Source of the DNA: Octopus sinensis
Taxonomy: Eukaryota
NCBI RefSeq assembly: GCF_006345805.1
Contig: NC_042997.1
Coordinates: 14,198,001-14,262,000, forward strand
DNA: 64,000 nt
Direction of reading: 5' to 3'
Positions 24,667 to 38,859 of the stretch are shown here, piece after piece. Under the pieces are notes generated by a model. That model worked only from the letters and a program-made list of their open reading frames with translations. It ran no database searches and had not been told where the DNA came from. Both the position numbers and the translations under genes were made by a program. The first letter of the stretch is position 1, and every line of letters starts with the position of its first letter.

Positions 24667-27597
24667 CACACACACACACACACACATAGTGCATTACATT
24701 ATATATCATCATCATCACCAAAGTCCATGTTCCATGCTGGCATGGGTTGGCATGGAAAAGGGGACATTTAAACAATTGTGTGTATGTGTGTGTGTACACT
24801 CGTTGATCTTAAATATTTCAGACACTGAACACTTAACTTACTAAATAGTTGAAATGTACTTTTAAAAAGCATCCCAACAATTGGATTTGTTTGAGATTTT
24901 ATTTCTGGCAGTGTATCGTCTACTACCTACCACTAGCAGAAATACTAAGATTCTGCCTGATGCAGCAGCCACAAGAGAGTTCAGGCTGAGCTCCAACCAA
25001 TTATTGTCATAAACAGTTAAACACTGTGGGAATCAATATATCTAACTAAATTGTGACCGTCGGTTATCTATAGAGCACTTTACTTAGCTGCTACTGGCAA
25101 CAACACACTAAACAGCAACAGCAACAGCATCCAATCGCCACAGCATGAATTGGAAATTCAGAGTAAGGAAGAAGTGGGGGAGGAGAAAATCTTCAAAGTG
25201 AAGAAAGACTGGTGGAGAGGAGGAGGAGGTGGTGTGTTTGGTTTAAATTGAACTTGTTTGATGGAAAATATGTGAGTGGTGTGGCGTGGTGTGGATATAA
25301 AGTAATGGGAAAGGGAGGCAATTAACACAGTATCTTGTAGGCACAAAAACACGTGACAGAGCCCCAAGGCAGATTGTTAATGCATATTCTAGCTGTAGAA
25401 CACAATAAATGGAAGCAGTATTCAAAAAGATGAAAATTGCTTTAATTTGATAGCCCAGCAGATAAATTCAGAGTGCCACAACCTTGGGCCATGGTTGAGG
25501 TAATTGCAAACTCGCGTAGTGTATCTTGTCTGTCAGTAAAGAAATTGCAGACTAGATATTTTTGGTCCCTTGCTAGATAATAATAAAAATAATAACAATA
25601 ACAACAGCAAGAATAATAATAATAATAACAATAACAGCAACAATAATTTTACTGCAACAAATAATAAATGTTGCAAGAATAGAAAAATCAGAAAATGGAA
25701 AAAATGGGAAAAAACTGCTGCAGATAATACGAAGAGGGGAAGCAACATCAAGTAACAGAGAAAGATCAACAACAGAAATATAACAACCTGCGTTATTTTC
25801 CTAATCTTTCCCTCTAGATTACTTTTCAATACACAACATTACAGGGAAACCTATACAAAAGGCTGCTGAATAAACAAACAGCTAAGTTACTCTTTACTGA
25901 GGAAGCAAACTAATTTATAGCTGCGATGTGTTATCCTTGACGTAATATTATCAACATTTATTGGACCATTATCAAAACTGCAAAAGCAGTAGTATTTGTT
26001 CATTTATACAAGGTAGCATGGACTGGATGAAGATTATTGAAATATTATTTTAAAGTGGATGCCCTTCCTGTCACTAACCTTTACGTTTAAGCAAGTAAAA
26101 GATATTTTTTATTCCATCTTCAAAGGCACAGGGCTAAGGATAATTTGTTAACAAGGAATGTCAGCATATCACTGTTTTTTTACTTAATAGGTTTCATCCA
26201 GAAGTAGAATGTAGATATTCACCCACACACATTGGCCATGTGGTTAAAAAATTCACTCCTCAATCACATAGTTTCAAGTTCAACATAAGTACAGACAGGG
26301 TTATGTGACTAAGAAGCTTGCTTCTCAATCATATTCATGCCAATAATAATTGGAGCACTAGGTTTTGTTAGTAAATACTTAAAGGAGAATCTGGGTAAAG
26401 TGGGATTTTCAGAAAGAGAAATCAACTGACTAATTTGTACATTTGTTCATGGAAGAGAAGGACAATATGCAACTGTTAGCTATGGGTGTCGACTGCCTAC
26501 TGAACATTCCGTATGCTCAGTCAAATGCTTCCTGGTGAGTTCATGTCCAAACAAGTAGGAGCAGGTTTTGCAAGGCAAAAACACAACCAGGGGTTTATAT
26601 GGGTTAAAGTTTGTATATCTCAGAAACACGCAAGCTGTAATAAAATTCCATGGAACTGAAGTTCATTGGGTGAAGGACTGCATTTAATATTTAGAGCCAA
26701 AACTCAAATAGGAAGAAAAGCAAAGGATACTCAGTCTAAGTGGAAGCTGAGTGCAACCAAGAAATCTATTACTTAAATCTAAAAATGTTAATATCAGGTA
26801 CAGCTGGCCCTTATGAAAGAGATGACAGAGGACTGAGATATGTGGAACACTGCAGTACTCGAGAAGACCCGCCAACCACAATATAATTGAGATCTCAAAA
26901 CCAAGTGTCACATAAAAAGCACTGGTGCTGGTGTCAAGTAAAAAGCACCCAGTAAACTTTGTAACACGGTTGGTGTTAGGAAGGGCATCCAGCCATAGAA
27001 ACCATGCCAAAACAGGCAATGGAGCTTGGTGTGGCCCCTTGTCTTACCAGTTCCTATCAGGCTGTCCAACCCATGGAAAACAGATGTTAAATGATGAAGT
27101 CAAAATTTAAAAACAAAAAACAAAGGAAGGGTGCACAATTGTAATAGACGTTAAAACATTTTATAGTAAGATTAAAAAAAGAATATTCATCATACAAATG
27201 GTTTTCCTCTGAAATCATCTCATACCGATTGCTTAACACCAGGCCAGCAAAGACTGAGCAAACATGATCAAAGATTTTCCAGTTAGGATGTATGTAAGAC
27301 TACATTATCCCATCTTCTCTTTTTAAGCAAAAATAGCTGCTGTTTTTAGCAGGTCAAGCAAACAACTGTTTGCTCTCAATAACAGAATCAATAGCTACCT
27401 AGAGCTGGTGATATTTACAGGTTTTAAATAAGAGATAAACAAATCACATAGCCCTCTATGGGTGCAACCAGTGCTAAATGCAATAGAAAGTATATGATGC
27501 CATGAGTATAATAACATTATTTGGTCTTAGCATGATAATCAACCCGCTTTCAACAGCAACAATGACCATCTCTCTTTAAATCCACCAATCTATTTAA

Positions 27598-27815
27598 CCC
27601 TTTCATTACCAACCTGGCTGAAACTGGCTCTGGCTCTGTAGTACAAATGTCTTGTTTTTCATAAGTTTTGAATTAAAATCTTCCACCAAATCTTAGTCAC
27701 AATTTATGTTCCTAACACTAGCTTGATAACTAAGTTATTTTACTAAATTCTTTGTTATATTTAAAATAATTGAAAGAAACACAGAACATCGCAAAATAAA
27801 TACGGTAACAAAGGG
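27598..27815 (+). mobile_element. piggyBac-type MITE family A
   Basis: TTAA-flanked, with the same internal sequence as 18723-18943. Confidence 0.88.
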
Positions 27816-28913
27816 TTAATGAAAGCCTCTTCCATATAATACGCAAAATTAGGGAACCTTTTCTACAACAATAATAAACAGATTCATAATTACTGATATT
27901 GATCAAGTTTTAATTACATAATAATTTAAGTAGTTTGCCTTTTGCCTATTAATAAGCATACTAATGGGCACCATGATATGTATGGTTGCAACATCTGCCA
28001 GAAATGGAGTATTTCACAGTGCAGTGACCCCATGCCTGGGAACTATGCTCAGTGCAAGTGCATAAAATTGTTTGCATCTAAGATCATTAATTTGAGTAAA
28101 TCCAGGAATCTGCAGCTAGTTGGTGTATGTGTGCATATGTACTTGTTGCTCAAGTAATGATACATTCTTAATCAAATCACAGCCCTTATGAATAAAAAAT
28201 GATTAAGTTGTTTTTTTTTGTTTTTATATTTCTGTGGTTAAATATGTGCTCTATCACTGCTAATACGGTAACAATATTGTTTACAGTTGAAAAAGTAAAT
28301 AATGCTCCGAGTACCATAAACTAATACATTAAAATAAAAACAAGGAAATTTGTTTATTTTCTAGGATATACAAGAGCAAAGCACCATGCAAACATCTACA
28401 CTTTACATTGTGAAGTTGGTTTCACAGAATCAGTTGTTCCAAGATAAGCGTGCAAGCTCAGTAAATCTCAATATCTATTGTTAAAATTGCTTTAACCCTT
28501 TAGTGTTCGCATTATATCCTTTTTTATCCACATTGTTTTGAATTAATCATGCATTATCTTGTAGCTATGAGATTTTGACGAGGTAGCTGTTAATTTTTTA
28601 AACAATATTGTAGGGTTGGTGTGAGAGACCAGATAGGGCTAGTTTGAACATAAAACAGGTAAAATATTTTTGGCCGGATATGGCCGGTTTAAATGCTGAA
28701 GGGTTAGGGTGCTTAATAGCTTCTTTTCAACATGTTTTCTCTGGATGACCACAGGGACACCAGCAGAAGTGTCATGGTATCTGGAGCCATATTGAATTTC
28801 TACAAAACTACTCTGCCTTTACATCAAAAGAGAGAAAGACACATGCAATTTACACTATGTTAGCACACAAAACACGATACAATGAAATAAAAATAATTGA
28901 AATGGGTTAATAC

Positions 28914-29024
28914 CTGGTGGTGGTCCTCTCATAGCAGGTGGAGGTGGTGCAGCACGTCCCATTGGAGGTGGCCCTCGCATTCCCATCATCATGTTTCCAG
29001 GAGGTGCAGCACCCCGAGCAGGAG
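28914..29024 (-). CDS. SNRPB: SNRPB coding exon 4 (proline-rich, MRGPPP repeats)
   Basis: tctgtttcag|CT CCT GCT CGG...CCA CCA G|gtatta, 111 nt, phase 1 to 1. Encodes (A)PARGAAPPGNMMMGMRGPPPMGRAAPPPPAMRGPPP. Confidence 0.93.
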
Positions 29025-30786
29025 CTGAAACAGATAAATCATCAATACATTAACAAGAGAAAAAGTTATTGCCTATAAGTCCAATACACACTATATATCT
29101 ATATATATATATAAAGTGAGATAGGGGTTATGAGTGTAACCCACTATGGGATATCATTTATCCAATATACTGCCAGTAAAGTACCCAGAAAGGCTAATAC
29201 ATAAATGCTAAGAATTGCAATGCAATTCATTCATAATGAGATACTCTTATCTACAGGCTGAAACAGCTGTAAGATCCATTTTATATGTATTATTCTTATG
29301 GTATTATCTTACTTATTGATGTATATTGTTTTACTCTGTATTATTCTGTTGGATTTGGATGTTCCTATTTAATCTAAATAATTAGTTAATAAATTATATG
29401 AATTGGTATTATCTATTCCTCCATTTTCTTATTTTGTATGTATATATATATATATATATAATTGAGATTCAGTTGAATTAGGTAATTAAGCTGAAGCACC
29501 AAGTCAGTCCAGTATTATCCACACAGCTCGAAGTAAGGTGAATAATATCAAAATAAGCAACAAGATATCCTGTTGATTATTTTGATTTTTTATATATATA
29601 TGTGCATATATGGGTACAGAACGTCACCAACTGTGTAAACAACATGAAATATGAAATCAAACAAGTTAAATACGCAAACAAAAAGAGTAAAAAAAATGGA
29701 AAAGACACGTAACATGGAGAACGACTCTTCATTAGTTGTCGGCTGTCTATCAACTCCTCATTTCAAGCATTCAATGACAATGAGTCTTCGAAGACATAAA
29801 TTCCAAAATAAAATTTTGGATTTATGAAGGGTCAAATTTGGAAACAAAAACAGGACAGTGGAGATATACAAGGAAACCGAACGAAAACAAAAATGGCGGA
29901 TTGTTAGACCAGAATGAGAGGAAAATAGTGAAAGCTGGGAGAAATATTTTCTTTGAAAAGAAAAAAGATACAAGAGAGATACAAATAGAAGAGAGAGATA
30001 GAAGACGTCCAGACCTTAGAACATCATGCAGAAAAATAAAGATGGTCACATGAGGAAAAGAAAGATGGATGATGGTCATGTGTGAGCAACAAGATATACA
30101 TGAATTATTAAAGTGGCTAGTCACAATTTAAAACCAAAAGGCACAAGTATAGACGTTACTAAAAGTAACTATGAGTGCAAGTAAGCACCAACATTGCTAG
30201 AAATACAACTCTTAGCCATGAACAGAACATTTTCTCTTACAAAAGCACTTATCTATCAACTGCCCAGGGGCAATGGGGTAGCGTCAATGATGAGGATTAA
30301 TTTGACCTAAAAATCACTGTGATATGGCACCCTCACTTGCTTAGGGAGCTTGTCTCCCTTGTCAATCAATAGATTAGTCCTTTTGTAACAGAAAATGTTC
30401 TGTTCATGGCTAAGTGTTGTTTTAACTCTAACAATGCTGGCACTTACTTGTACCCTTAGTAATATTTGTATGTACGCATATATATACATAGACACAGTAA
30501 CCTAGGGTAGTTATTCTGCCTGGCTGGCTCCTGTCATCCATCCTACCCATGCATGTATGGAAGACAGATGTTAAATAATGATGATATATATAATCTTTTC
30601 TCTTTTCTTTTACTTGTTTCAGTCATAAAACTGCAGCCATGCTGGGGCATCACCTTGAAACGTGAACTGAGTCCGGTACTTCTTTTTTTAAAGCCTGGTA
30701 CTTATTTTATTGGTCTCTTTTGCAGAACCACTAAGTTATAGGGACAACAAACCAAAAATGGTTGTCAAGCAGTGGTGGGGAGACAA

Positions 30787-30826
<40 letters not shown>

Positions 30827-33019
30827 CAACAATTGAGGGCAAAATTAATTAATTATTAATCAATTTCACCAAGTGTTCAGTATGCAAAGGGAACATTCAG
30901 GCGAATTCAAATTATTACATATATAAAAGGGCTTAGTAAAATAAATTACTTTGCCGCATACTGAACTCATTAGAAATAGCAGCTAAAAAACTTTTTTAAA
31001 GCTAGTCTAATACTTAAAGAAAATCTCTCTCATATATAGTGTTTGCTTAATTCAACTCACAAAAGTTTGGGGGTAAGGACATCGAAAAATCAAATGCTAA
31101 GGTTATTTGAGACGTACGTTTCAAGATTAGTCAAAAAACATTTCTATCATCAGCTCAGAAATCCTGGTTTGGATTTGGAAACATGAAAAAAGAACATACC
31201 CTTTCGAAGATCTGCTGAACTAGTATTGAAATAGCTTTAAAAAAGTTTTTAGCGCTATTTCTAATGAGTTCAGTGTATGCGGCAAAGTAATTTATTTTAC
31301 TAAGCCCTTTTATATAATATATATATTATATATATACACACACACACCACACACATATATAGATGATGGGCTTCTTTCAGTTTCCATTGATCAAATGGAC
31401 TCACAAGGCTTAGGTCAGTCTGAGTCTATAGAAGAGGATACTTGCCCAAGGTGATACACGGTAGGAATCAACTTCATGTTTGAGAAGCAAGCTTCTTACG
31501 ACAAAGCCATGCCTGTGCTTATATATATATATATACGATAGGCACAGTTGTATAGTTAAAAAAAAACAGCTTTCCAACCATTTGGTTCCGGGTTCAGTCC
31601 CACTGAGTGGCACCCTACTGTCTTCTACTACAGCCCCAGACAGCCTTGTGAGTGGATATGGTAGCTTGCCACGTACGTGTGTGTGTGAGAGAGAGAGAGA
31701 AAGAGAGAGGGGGAGATATGAAGTGAGAGTATGCATGTGTGTGGGTATCATTTAATAAATGGGATTTAAATGCATGTCACGGTAAGTTTCATGCCCTGTT
31801 AGTACAATAGTTGTATGAGCTTCTATAGCAAGCCATTGACCATGTACTAGGTATGGCTGTGTGGTAAGAACCTTGCTTCTCAACCACATGGTTCCAGGTT
31901 CAAATTCCACCAAGTGACACCTTGGAAAAATTTCTTCTACTACAGCCTCAGGTTGACTGAAGCCTTGAGTGGATTTAACAGATGCAAACCGAAAGAAGCC
32001 TACCACACGCACACACACACTGTGTGTGTGTGTGTGTATGTATGTGTGAGTGTGCACGTGTGCATGACAGGCTTCACTACACAACAGTTGATGTTTATGT
32101 CCCCACAACATAGCGGTTCACAAAAAGTACTGATAGAATAAGTACCAAGCTTGCTTGAAAAAATAAGTATTGGGGGGTCAATTCATTCGACTAAAAATTC
32201 TTCATTGCCATGCCCTAACATGACCCCAATCTAATGACTGAAACAAATAAAAAGATATTTTATATATATATATCATCATCATCATCATCATTTAACATCA
32301 TATATATATATATATATATATAAAAAATCGTCATCATTTAACGTCCGTTTTCCATGCTATATATATATATACACACACACACACACTAGGTAGATAGACA
32401 GAATGGAATAGTGTGCAAGTGAAATAAAGGAATGGTAAGAAACCAAGTAACACAATTCAAAACTACATCTTTCAAGAAACTAAAGTGAGTTTGTGCACTA
32501 TTCTACATTTCACTTAGCACCACTAAGATTTCATGCAACACACACACACACACACAAAGAAGCAATTGAAGAACTCTTCCAATATCAAGATAGATGCCTG
32601 AGAATTAAATAATAAAAGTAGATTGAAATATTAGAAGAATAGACAATAGAAGTGTCAGTGTACGCTGGAGAAATATCTCAGAAAAACATCTAGAAATATT
32701 CTGTTATTTGCAAGTTCCTTTTCATGAAATAACAAAAATCTGGAAGTCAAATGAAAGAATTAAGGAGCTAACGGCTAACTTATACTTTCATAGATCTGCA
32801 AGCAAGTTTTAGAACACAAATAAGAGACAGAAATTAAATAACAACAGCAATAATAACAATAACAACACATTCAAATATAATTCATAAAATATACTGCTTG
32901 TGAACATTTATCACTGAGAAATAAAACAAAACAAATGACAACAAAATTTAACGAAGCAAACTGAGTGTGTAGCCGTGCCTATGAGTGCATGTGTGCAAGT
33001 ATGTATATTTATGTGTGTG

Positions 33020-33051
<32 letters not shown>

Positions 33052-33375
33052 GGCATATTCTAAGACACTACAGAGGAAAGCATTTCTATGAAGAAGCAGT
33101 TCTAGAAGATTTCATGCCTAAGTAAACTGATGTCCATTCAAACAAGAAGACATAAGAAGGACAATATATGAATCAATTTTGCAATATATCGCCGATTTAA
33201 CTCATGGCAATATTTTTCTAATGTTTCTCATTTTTATATCATTTTCTCTCTATTATTTTTCGCTCAGATGGAAATTTTTAATGAAACAAACCAACAATAA
33301 ATGTGTTGGGAGAGGAGAGAGAAAAACAAAAACCAAAAAAAAAATTTTTTTTTCTTCAACTTTTCCTTTAAATTC

Positions 33376-33424
<49 letters not shown>

Positions 33425-34431
33425 TACATATATTTATTTATTTATTTATTTCTTTTAAAGAAACATAAAATATACACAAATTGAATACCGAAAACCCAAT
33501 TGAGTCATCTAAATACTATGTTGATTTGATGAATGGATATATACAAAAGGAAAGTAGAGAGAGATGAAGCAGTACAGACAAAGGATGTCAGAAGAAGGGA
33601 AAAAAAAACCCCTTCAGAGATAGAAAATTAGAAACAAATAATGTTTCGGAAAAAGAAAATTATAAATAAATATTTGCAATTTAAGGTTTGTTTTTAACCT
33701 CATAGTCAGATTTTCATAACCAAGAGACTTTCTATTTCTCTCTCTTCCTTTCGCTCTCTCCAAAATTATATTAAACAAATTTGCTATCATATAATATTAA
33801 TCCTTAAAGAAAAGTACAGTATAAATTCAATACAAAACAGACTAAAATTAAAAGCCACACCAACACCAAGCCAAAAGCTATCATGTGCAACAAAACACAT
33901 ATGATAGCAAGTGATTTATTCATTTTCAGCAATATAGCTGTTGTGTTTTTTTTTTTTAAGTCTTGAACTCTCTTTTGTTTTGTTTTTGTTGTTGTTTCTT
34001 TTAATGAGAAGATGATCAAGTTTTATTGATAAGCCATGAAAACACATACACCCACACAATTAGATGAACTGTAACAGCAGTAGGGAAGCTAAAAATGCTA
34101 AAACGGTTTCCTGTATTCCAGATTGCTAACCTGAATGCTCTCACATTCATACAGACAGAGTCATAAAAGTTATCATCCAGTAACAAGTCACAAACTCAGC
34201 TGACGTTAGAGATGCCATTATGAAGAAACATCAGCATCAAAAATTATACAATTCAACAATGGTTTCCCAGATTTGATTTCTTGGGACAAGACGCTATCTT
34301 TAACAGATAAGATGTCCATCCAAAAGAAATTTTAAAATAGTGAGGTAAAGAAACTACAACATAGTGTAATCAAACAATTAGGTACAAATGCAAAAATCAA
34401 AGTTAAAAAAAAAAGAAAGTCTAGTATTTAA

Positions 34432-34668
34432 ACCTATTTCTTTACTACCCACAAGGGGCTACACACAGAGAGGACAAACAAGGACAGACAAATGAATTAA
34501 GTCGATTATATCGACTCCAGTGCGTAACTGGTACTTATTTAATCGACCCCGAAAGGATGAAAGGCAAAGTCGACCTCGGCGGAATTTGAACTCAGAACAT
34601 AGCGGCAGACGAAATACCGCTAAGCATTTCGCCCGGCGTGCTTACGTTTCTGCCAGCTTCCCACCTCT
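34432..34668 (-). mobile_element. CORE-type SINE monomer
   Basis: Young copy with CpGs largely intact. Confidence 0.85.
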
Positions 34669-34693
34669 AGTATTTAAACCATTTAGCATTTAA

Positions 34694-34913
34694 CCCTTTC
34701 GTTACCAACCCGGTTGAAACCGGCCCTAGCTCTGAGTACAAATGTCTTCTTTTCATAAGTTTTGAATTAAAATCTTCCACCAAACCTTAGTCACAATTTA
34801 TGTTCCTAACACTAGCTGAATGATAACTAAGTTATTTTATTAAATTCTTTGTTATATTTAAAGTAAACGAAAGCAACACAGAACATCTCAAAATAAATAC
34901 AGTAACGAAAGGG
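34694..34913 (+). mobile_element. piggyBac MITE A nested in MITE B
   Basis: Inserted at the internal TTAA of a family B copy (34678-35122). Confidence 0.85.
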
Positions 34914-36204
34914 TTAAACCAGCCATATCTAGCCCAAATATTCTACTTGTTTTATGTTCCAACTGGCCAGATCCAGCCTCTCCCACCTACCCTACAATGT
35001 CATTCTAAAAATAAACAATCACAACTTTAAAATCTTGAAGCTACATGATAATATATGATTAATTTTTTTTAATGTGGATAAATACGCATTACATGTGATA
35101 AATTAATCTGAATGCTAAAGGGTTAATCACTGACCATGTTAACAGAACTTTAGGTCACACTAACACCTTCATCATTAAACATGTTTTCCATGCTGGCATG
35201 GATGGTTCAACAGGAACTGATGAGTCAGAGGGCTGTAGCAAACACCTGTATCTGCTTTGGCATGGGTTCTATGGCAAGATGTCCTGCCTAATGGGTGATC
35301 AGTTTACAAAGTGTACAGGGTGCTCAGCATCAGTGAGGTCACCAAATAACCCACTAGACAAGACCCTGTGACTAAGTGGGAACTAATATTGTGGGAGGTG
35401 GCTTTATGCCAGGTGATGAGAGGCTAAATTATGATAGAGACAAGAACAGGTGTCTTGCTGAAGAGGAGATACATGGTTGCTCCATTAAAAGATATATTCT
35501 GAAGAAATTCCATTTTGTAAAACCAAAGCGTTACATAAATAGCTTCAAGTTCAGTCCCACTACATGACACCTTGATACCTTAGGCCTACACTATAGTAGA
35601 AATGTCCAGGGTTAGATTAGAAATATAGTAGAAATGCCCAAGCACTCAAATAAAGCCTGAGTGGATCTGATCAAAAAAAACTGAAAGAAGTTCATTGGGT
35701 GCGTGTGTATGTGCATCTGTGTGTGTGCATGCATGTACATGTTTGTGTCTCCTTGTCTTGACATCGCATGATAACTGCAATACGAGTGTCACTGTCATAC
35801 ATGCTACAGCATTCATTTCCAATACTTTGTGAAAACATGTCTGGCTATGGGGAAATATTGCCTTGGGCAAATGGAAGAGCATTCAGCCATAGACAATCTG
35901 CCTCAATATATTGTCCTGCTCAAATAAGCATGGAAAAACAGATATTAAAAAGATGATGATAATGATACATATTGTACAATGACTGTCTGTGGTCCAGTTT
36001 TAGAATAGGTATGTGTAAGAGGGAACTAAAATGGTTAACAGAAGGGGCACCTGGCCATAAAATATTGCTTCAGAAAGATAACCTCATGAGTACAATTCAA
36101 AGTGGAGAAAACTGTTATAGGGCCTGCAAGGTTAACTTCTTATTTTTTGGGGAAAAACCTTTTAAATGTCTGTTGTGTATATTGTACACAAGTACACTCA
36201 GTAC

Positions 36205-36556
36205 TCACTACAAGATCCAGTCCTTATTGCAGTGAGATGGCATGCATGCTCCATAACCAAGAAATATGCTAGTGGAGTGCAAGTTTTTGGTAGTCCCTAC
36301 TCCACCACCCCACACTGAACAAGCCAAAGGATAGCGGCCAGATTAATATGGATCACCTCTTCTCAGGAGTAAAAATAGGTTTAAATAGGGCCAACAACCC
36401 TACCAAGCAACAATCAAAATTCTAGAAGCATCAATGACAATTCAAAACCAGCAACAGCTGGGAGAGGAAGGCCTTCCCTCAGGGCAGCCCAGAGTCAAGA
36501 ACTGTGGAGAAAAGCCATTGATGACCAATACTCCATAGGGAGAAAAGGGCTTAAGT
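36205..36556 (+). mobile_element. Non-autonomous retroposon with (TAAG)n tail
   Basis: 15-bp TSD AAGTACACTCAGTAC at 36190-36204 and 36557-36571. Confidence 0.75.
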
Positions 36557-38545
36557 AAGTACACTCAGTACACATACACATTGTAAATCTCAAAATAAGT
36601 TTCATGTAAAAAAATGAATAATTATAAGTAACACTAAATTTTAATTTATGTTTAAAAAATAGTTAACATATTTGAATTTAAAATAAGAAAACCTAACGAT
36701 ACAAAAACAGATAACACTTGATATATGAGCAAAAATATGATTTTATATTCTTTATCTTTGTGTTGATTTTTTTTCTTGATGATTTTTTTTTTCTGAAATC
36801 TTCTGAAAATGAATTTCTTGTTGAAATTTTTCCTAATGAAATCATTGAAATTTCACCATAATCAAATATTTTCAAAACTTTTGAAGAGGAAAAAGAAATA
36901 TAAATAAAATCCCTAGCAACAACAACAAGCAATTTAATTATTAAAATCATATTTTTAAATGGATTTTGTAAATAAATTTCAAATTAAATCAAGTTATTCC
37001 AAAAAATTATTCGTACATTTCATACATACATTGTGCATATGTGTGTATATAAATGAGTGTGCATGTCTGAATGTATGTGTGTGTAAGTGTGTGTATTCAT
37101 ACCCCAACACCACTCTATAATTAGGATATTTTAAAGTAGATTTCCAGCAAACTAAATCTATATTTGCTGTCAATTGCTGCTGTTTCTCACCTGTCAACTA
37201 CCAAACCTGATTTGATTAATTAATAAGTCAATATTTTGCATTAAAAAAAAAAAAATTTAGAAGTTAAAAAAAAATCATCTCCATTTATAAATCAAATTAA
37301 ACCAAAGAAAAGTCAGACAGTAGAAATGTGCAAAAGCAAGCAAGTGGATAAAGTTGACAAAAGCTTTGGTTATCTATTTATTTAATTATTGGTCACACTT
37401 ACTGATGAAGCTGTATGAGAGTTTATAGAGAAAACAGACTTTTTTTATAGAACAGTCGAGAGGAAAAAAAAAAAAGGAAACAAGCAAAAGAGAGAAAATG
37501 ATTAAAACTAAAAAAATCTGAAGTGGAAGGATGATAGTGATGGAGATGGTTGTGGTGATAATTACAATAGCAATGACAGCTATGTTTAACAGCATATCAT
37601 CTAAATGAGCAAACCTCTTAACAAGGACATTCCAACTGAGACCACTCCATTTTTTTCCTAGACTATGTTATCATAGTCTAGGAAAATTCATTGTTTTTTA
37701 GCATATTTTTTAACATTCATTTCCTTTTTATCATTCATTTTTTTTTTAGCATGTTTTTTAACATCCAGTAAGGGTGTAATTTGAAGATTTGGCTGTTATT
37801 TCTTGCAAATGAAGCAACCACATAGAGACTCCTTCACTGGCTTCAGAGATTTTACAGTAGTGGTAAGAGTAGTGGAGAGGAAAAGTTCTGAGTACTTTCC
37901 TTCTTTATAAATACCACTGCCATCATTATCATGACCTCCACAACTGTAATCATGCTCCTTATGCATAGAACACCCACAAGACATCATTACCCCTTTCCAC
38001 GCTTGAAGACCCCTGTAGACATCAACAGAGGAGTGGAGAGCCAGTGAGGAGTAGCAAAGATGAGTAGAAGGCAAGGCAAGAACTCCTGCAGCTGTTAATA
38101 CTGCAAGAGTAGAATAAATGGAAAAAAAAAAAAAAAAAAAAAAACAGCTGCACAATGCTGGTGGTGATAAATGATCAAAGTATGATAACATGGATGATTA
38201 GAATGATGACAATGATGATGAGGAGGAGGATGATGATGATTGAGTCCCACTAGTATGAGTGAATATTGTGAAGTAGACCCATGAAGGCCTGCTCATACAC
38301 AGATGTAATATTAGCAACTTGAACAACAACAAATGAACAATACAACCAAAGGCCCACAGGACACCACCAAAATAGTGCCAGATCACATAGCAACGCTGGA
38401 AGTGATAAAAAGATGGTAGTTTCTAAAGCAACCAAAAGTGACAATGGGATAGATAATGGTGATGATGAACATGATGACCAGTAATATACTAAAGTATGTT
38501 ACTGGTATATTACAGCTGCCATTTGATCTTGTCTTCTTCCTTTAA

Positions 38546-38766
38546 CCCTTTTGTTACTAACCTGGCCAAAACCGGCTCTGGCTCTGTGGTAAAATGTCTT
38601 GTTTTTCATAAGTTTTGAATTAAAATATTCCACCAAGCCTTAGTCACAATTTACATTCCTAACACTAGCTTAATGATAACTAAGTTATTTTACTAAATTC
38701 TTTGTTATATTTAAAATAATAGAAAGAAACACAGAGCATCTCAAAATAAATACAGTAACGAAAGGG
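38546..38766 (+). mobile_element. piggyBac-type MITE family A
   Basis: TTAA-flanked copy. Confidence 0.88.
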
Positions 38767-38859
38767 TTAAACAAGTAGAAGAAATACCTGTTATGCCAGG
38801 TAACTAGAGAGATGTATCTATTTCATATTGAGTTAAAACTCAATAAAGTTAGTTCATAA

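Noticed and set aside
25533-25829. Poly-Asn / poly-Leu ORFs
   Set aside because: (AAT/AAC)n low-complexity tract.
29701-29800. Possible second hammerhead (minus-strand ctaatgaagag...)
   Set aside because: The core is degenerate, with no stem II followed by GAAA in the right order.
33085-33140. ATGAAGA...CTGA box C/D-like pair
   Set aside because: Too short, antisense to the host gene, and without a terminal stem.
37170-37215. Minus-strand CAG|GTGAGA donor suggesting a 16-nt microexon
   Set aside because: The upstream acceptor lacks an adjacent pyrimidine tract, so support is too weak.
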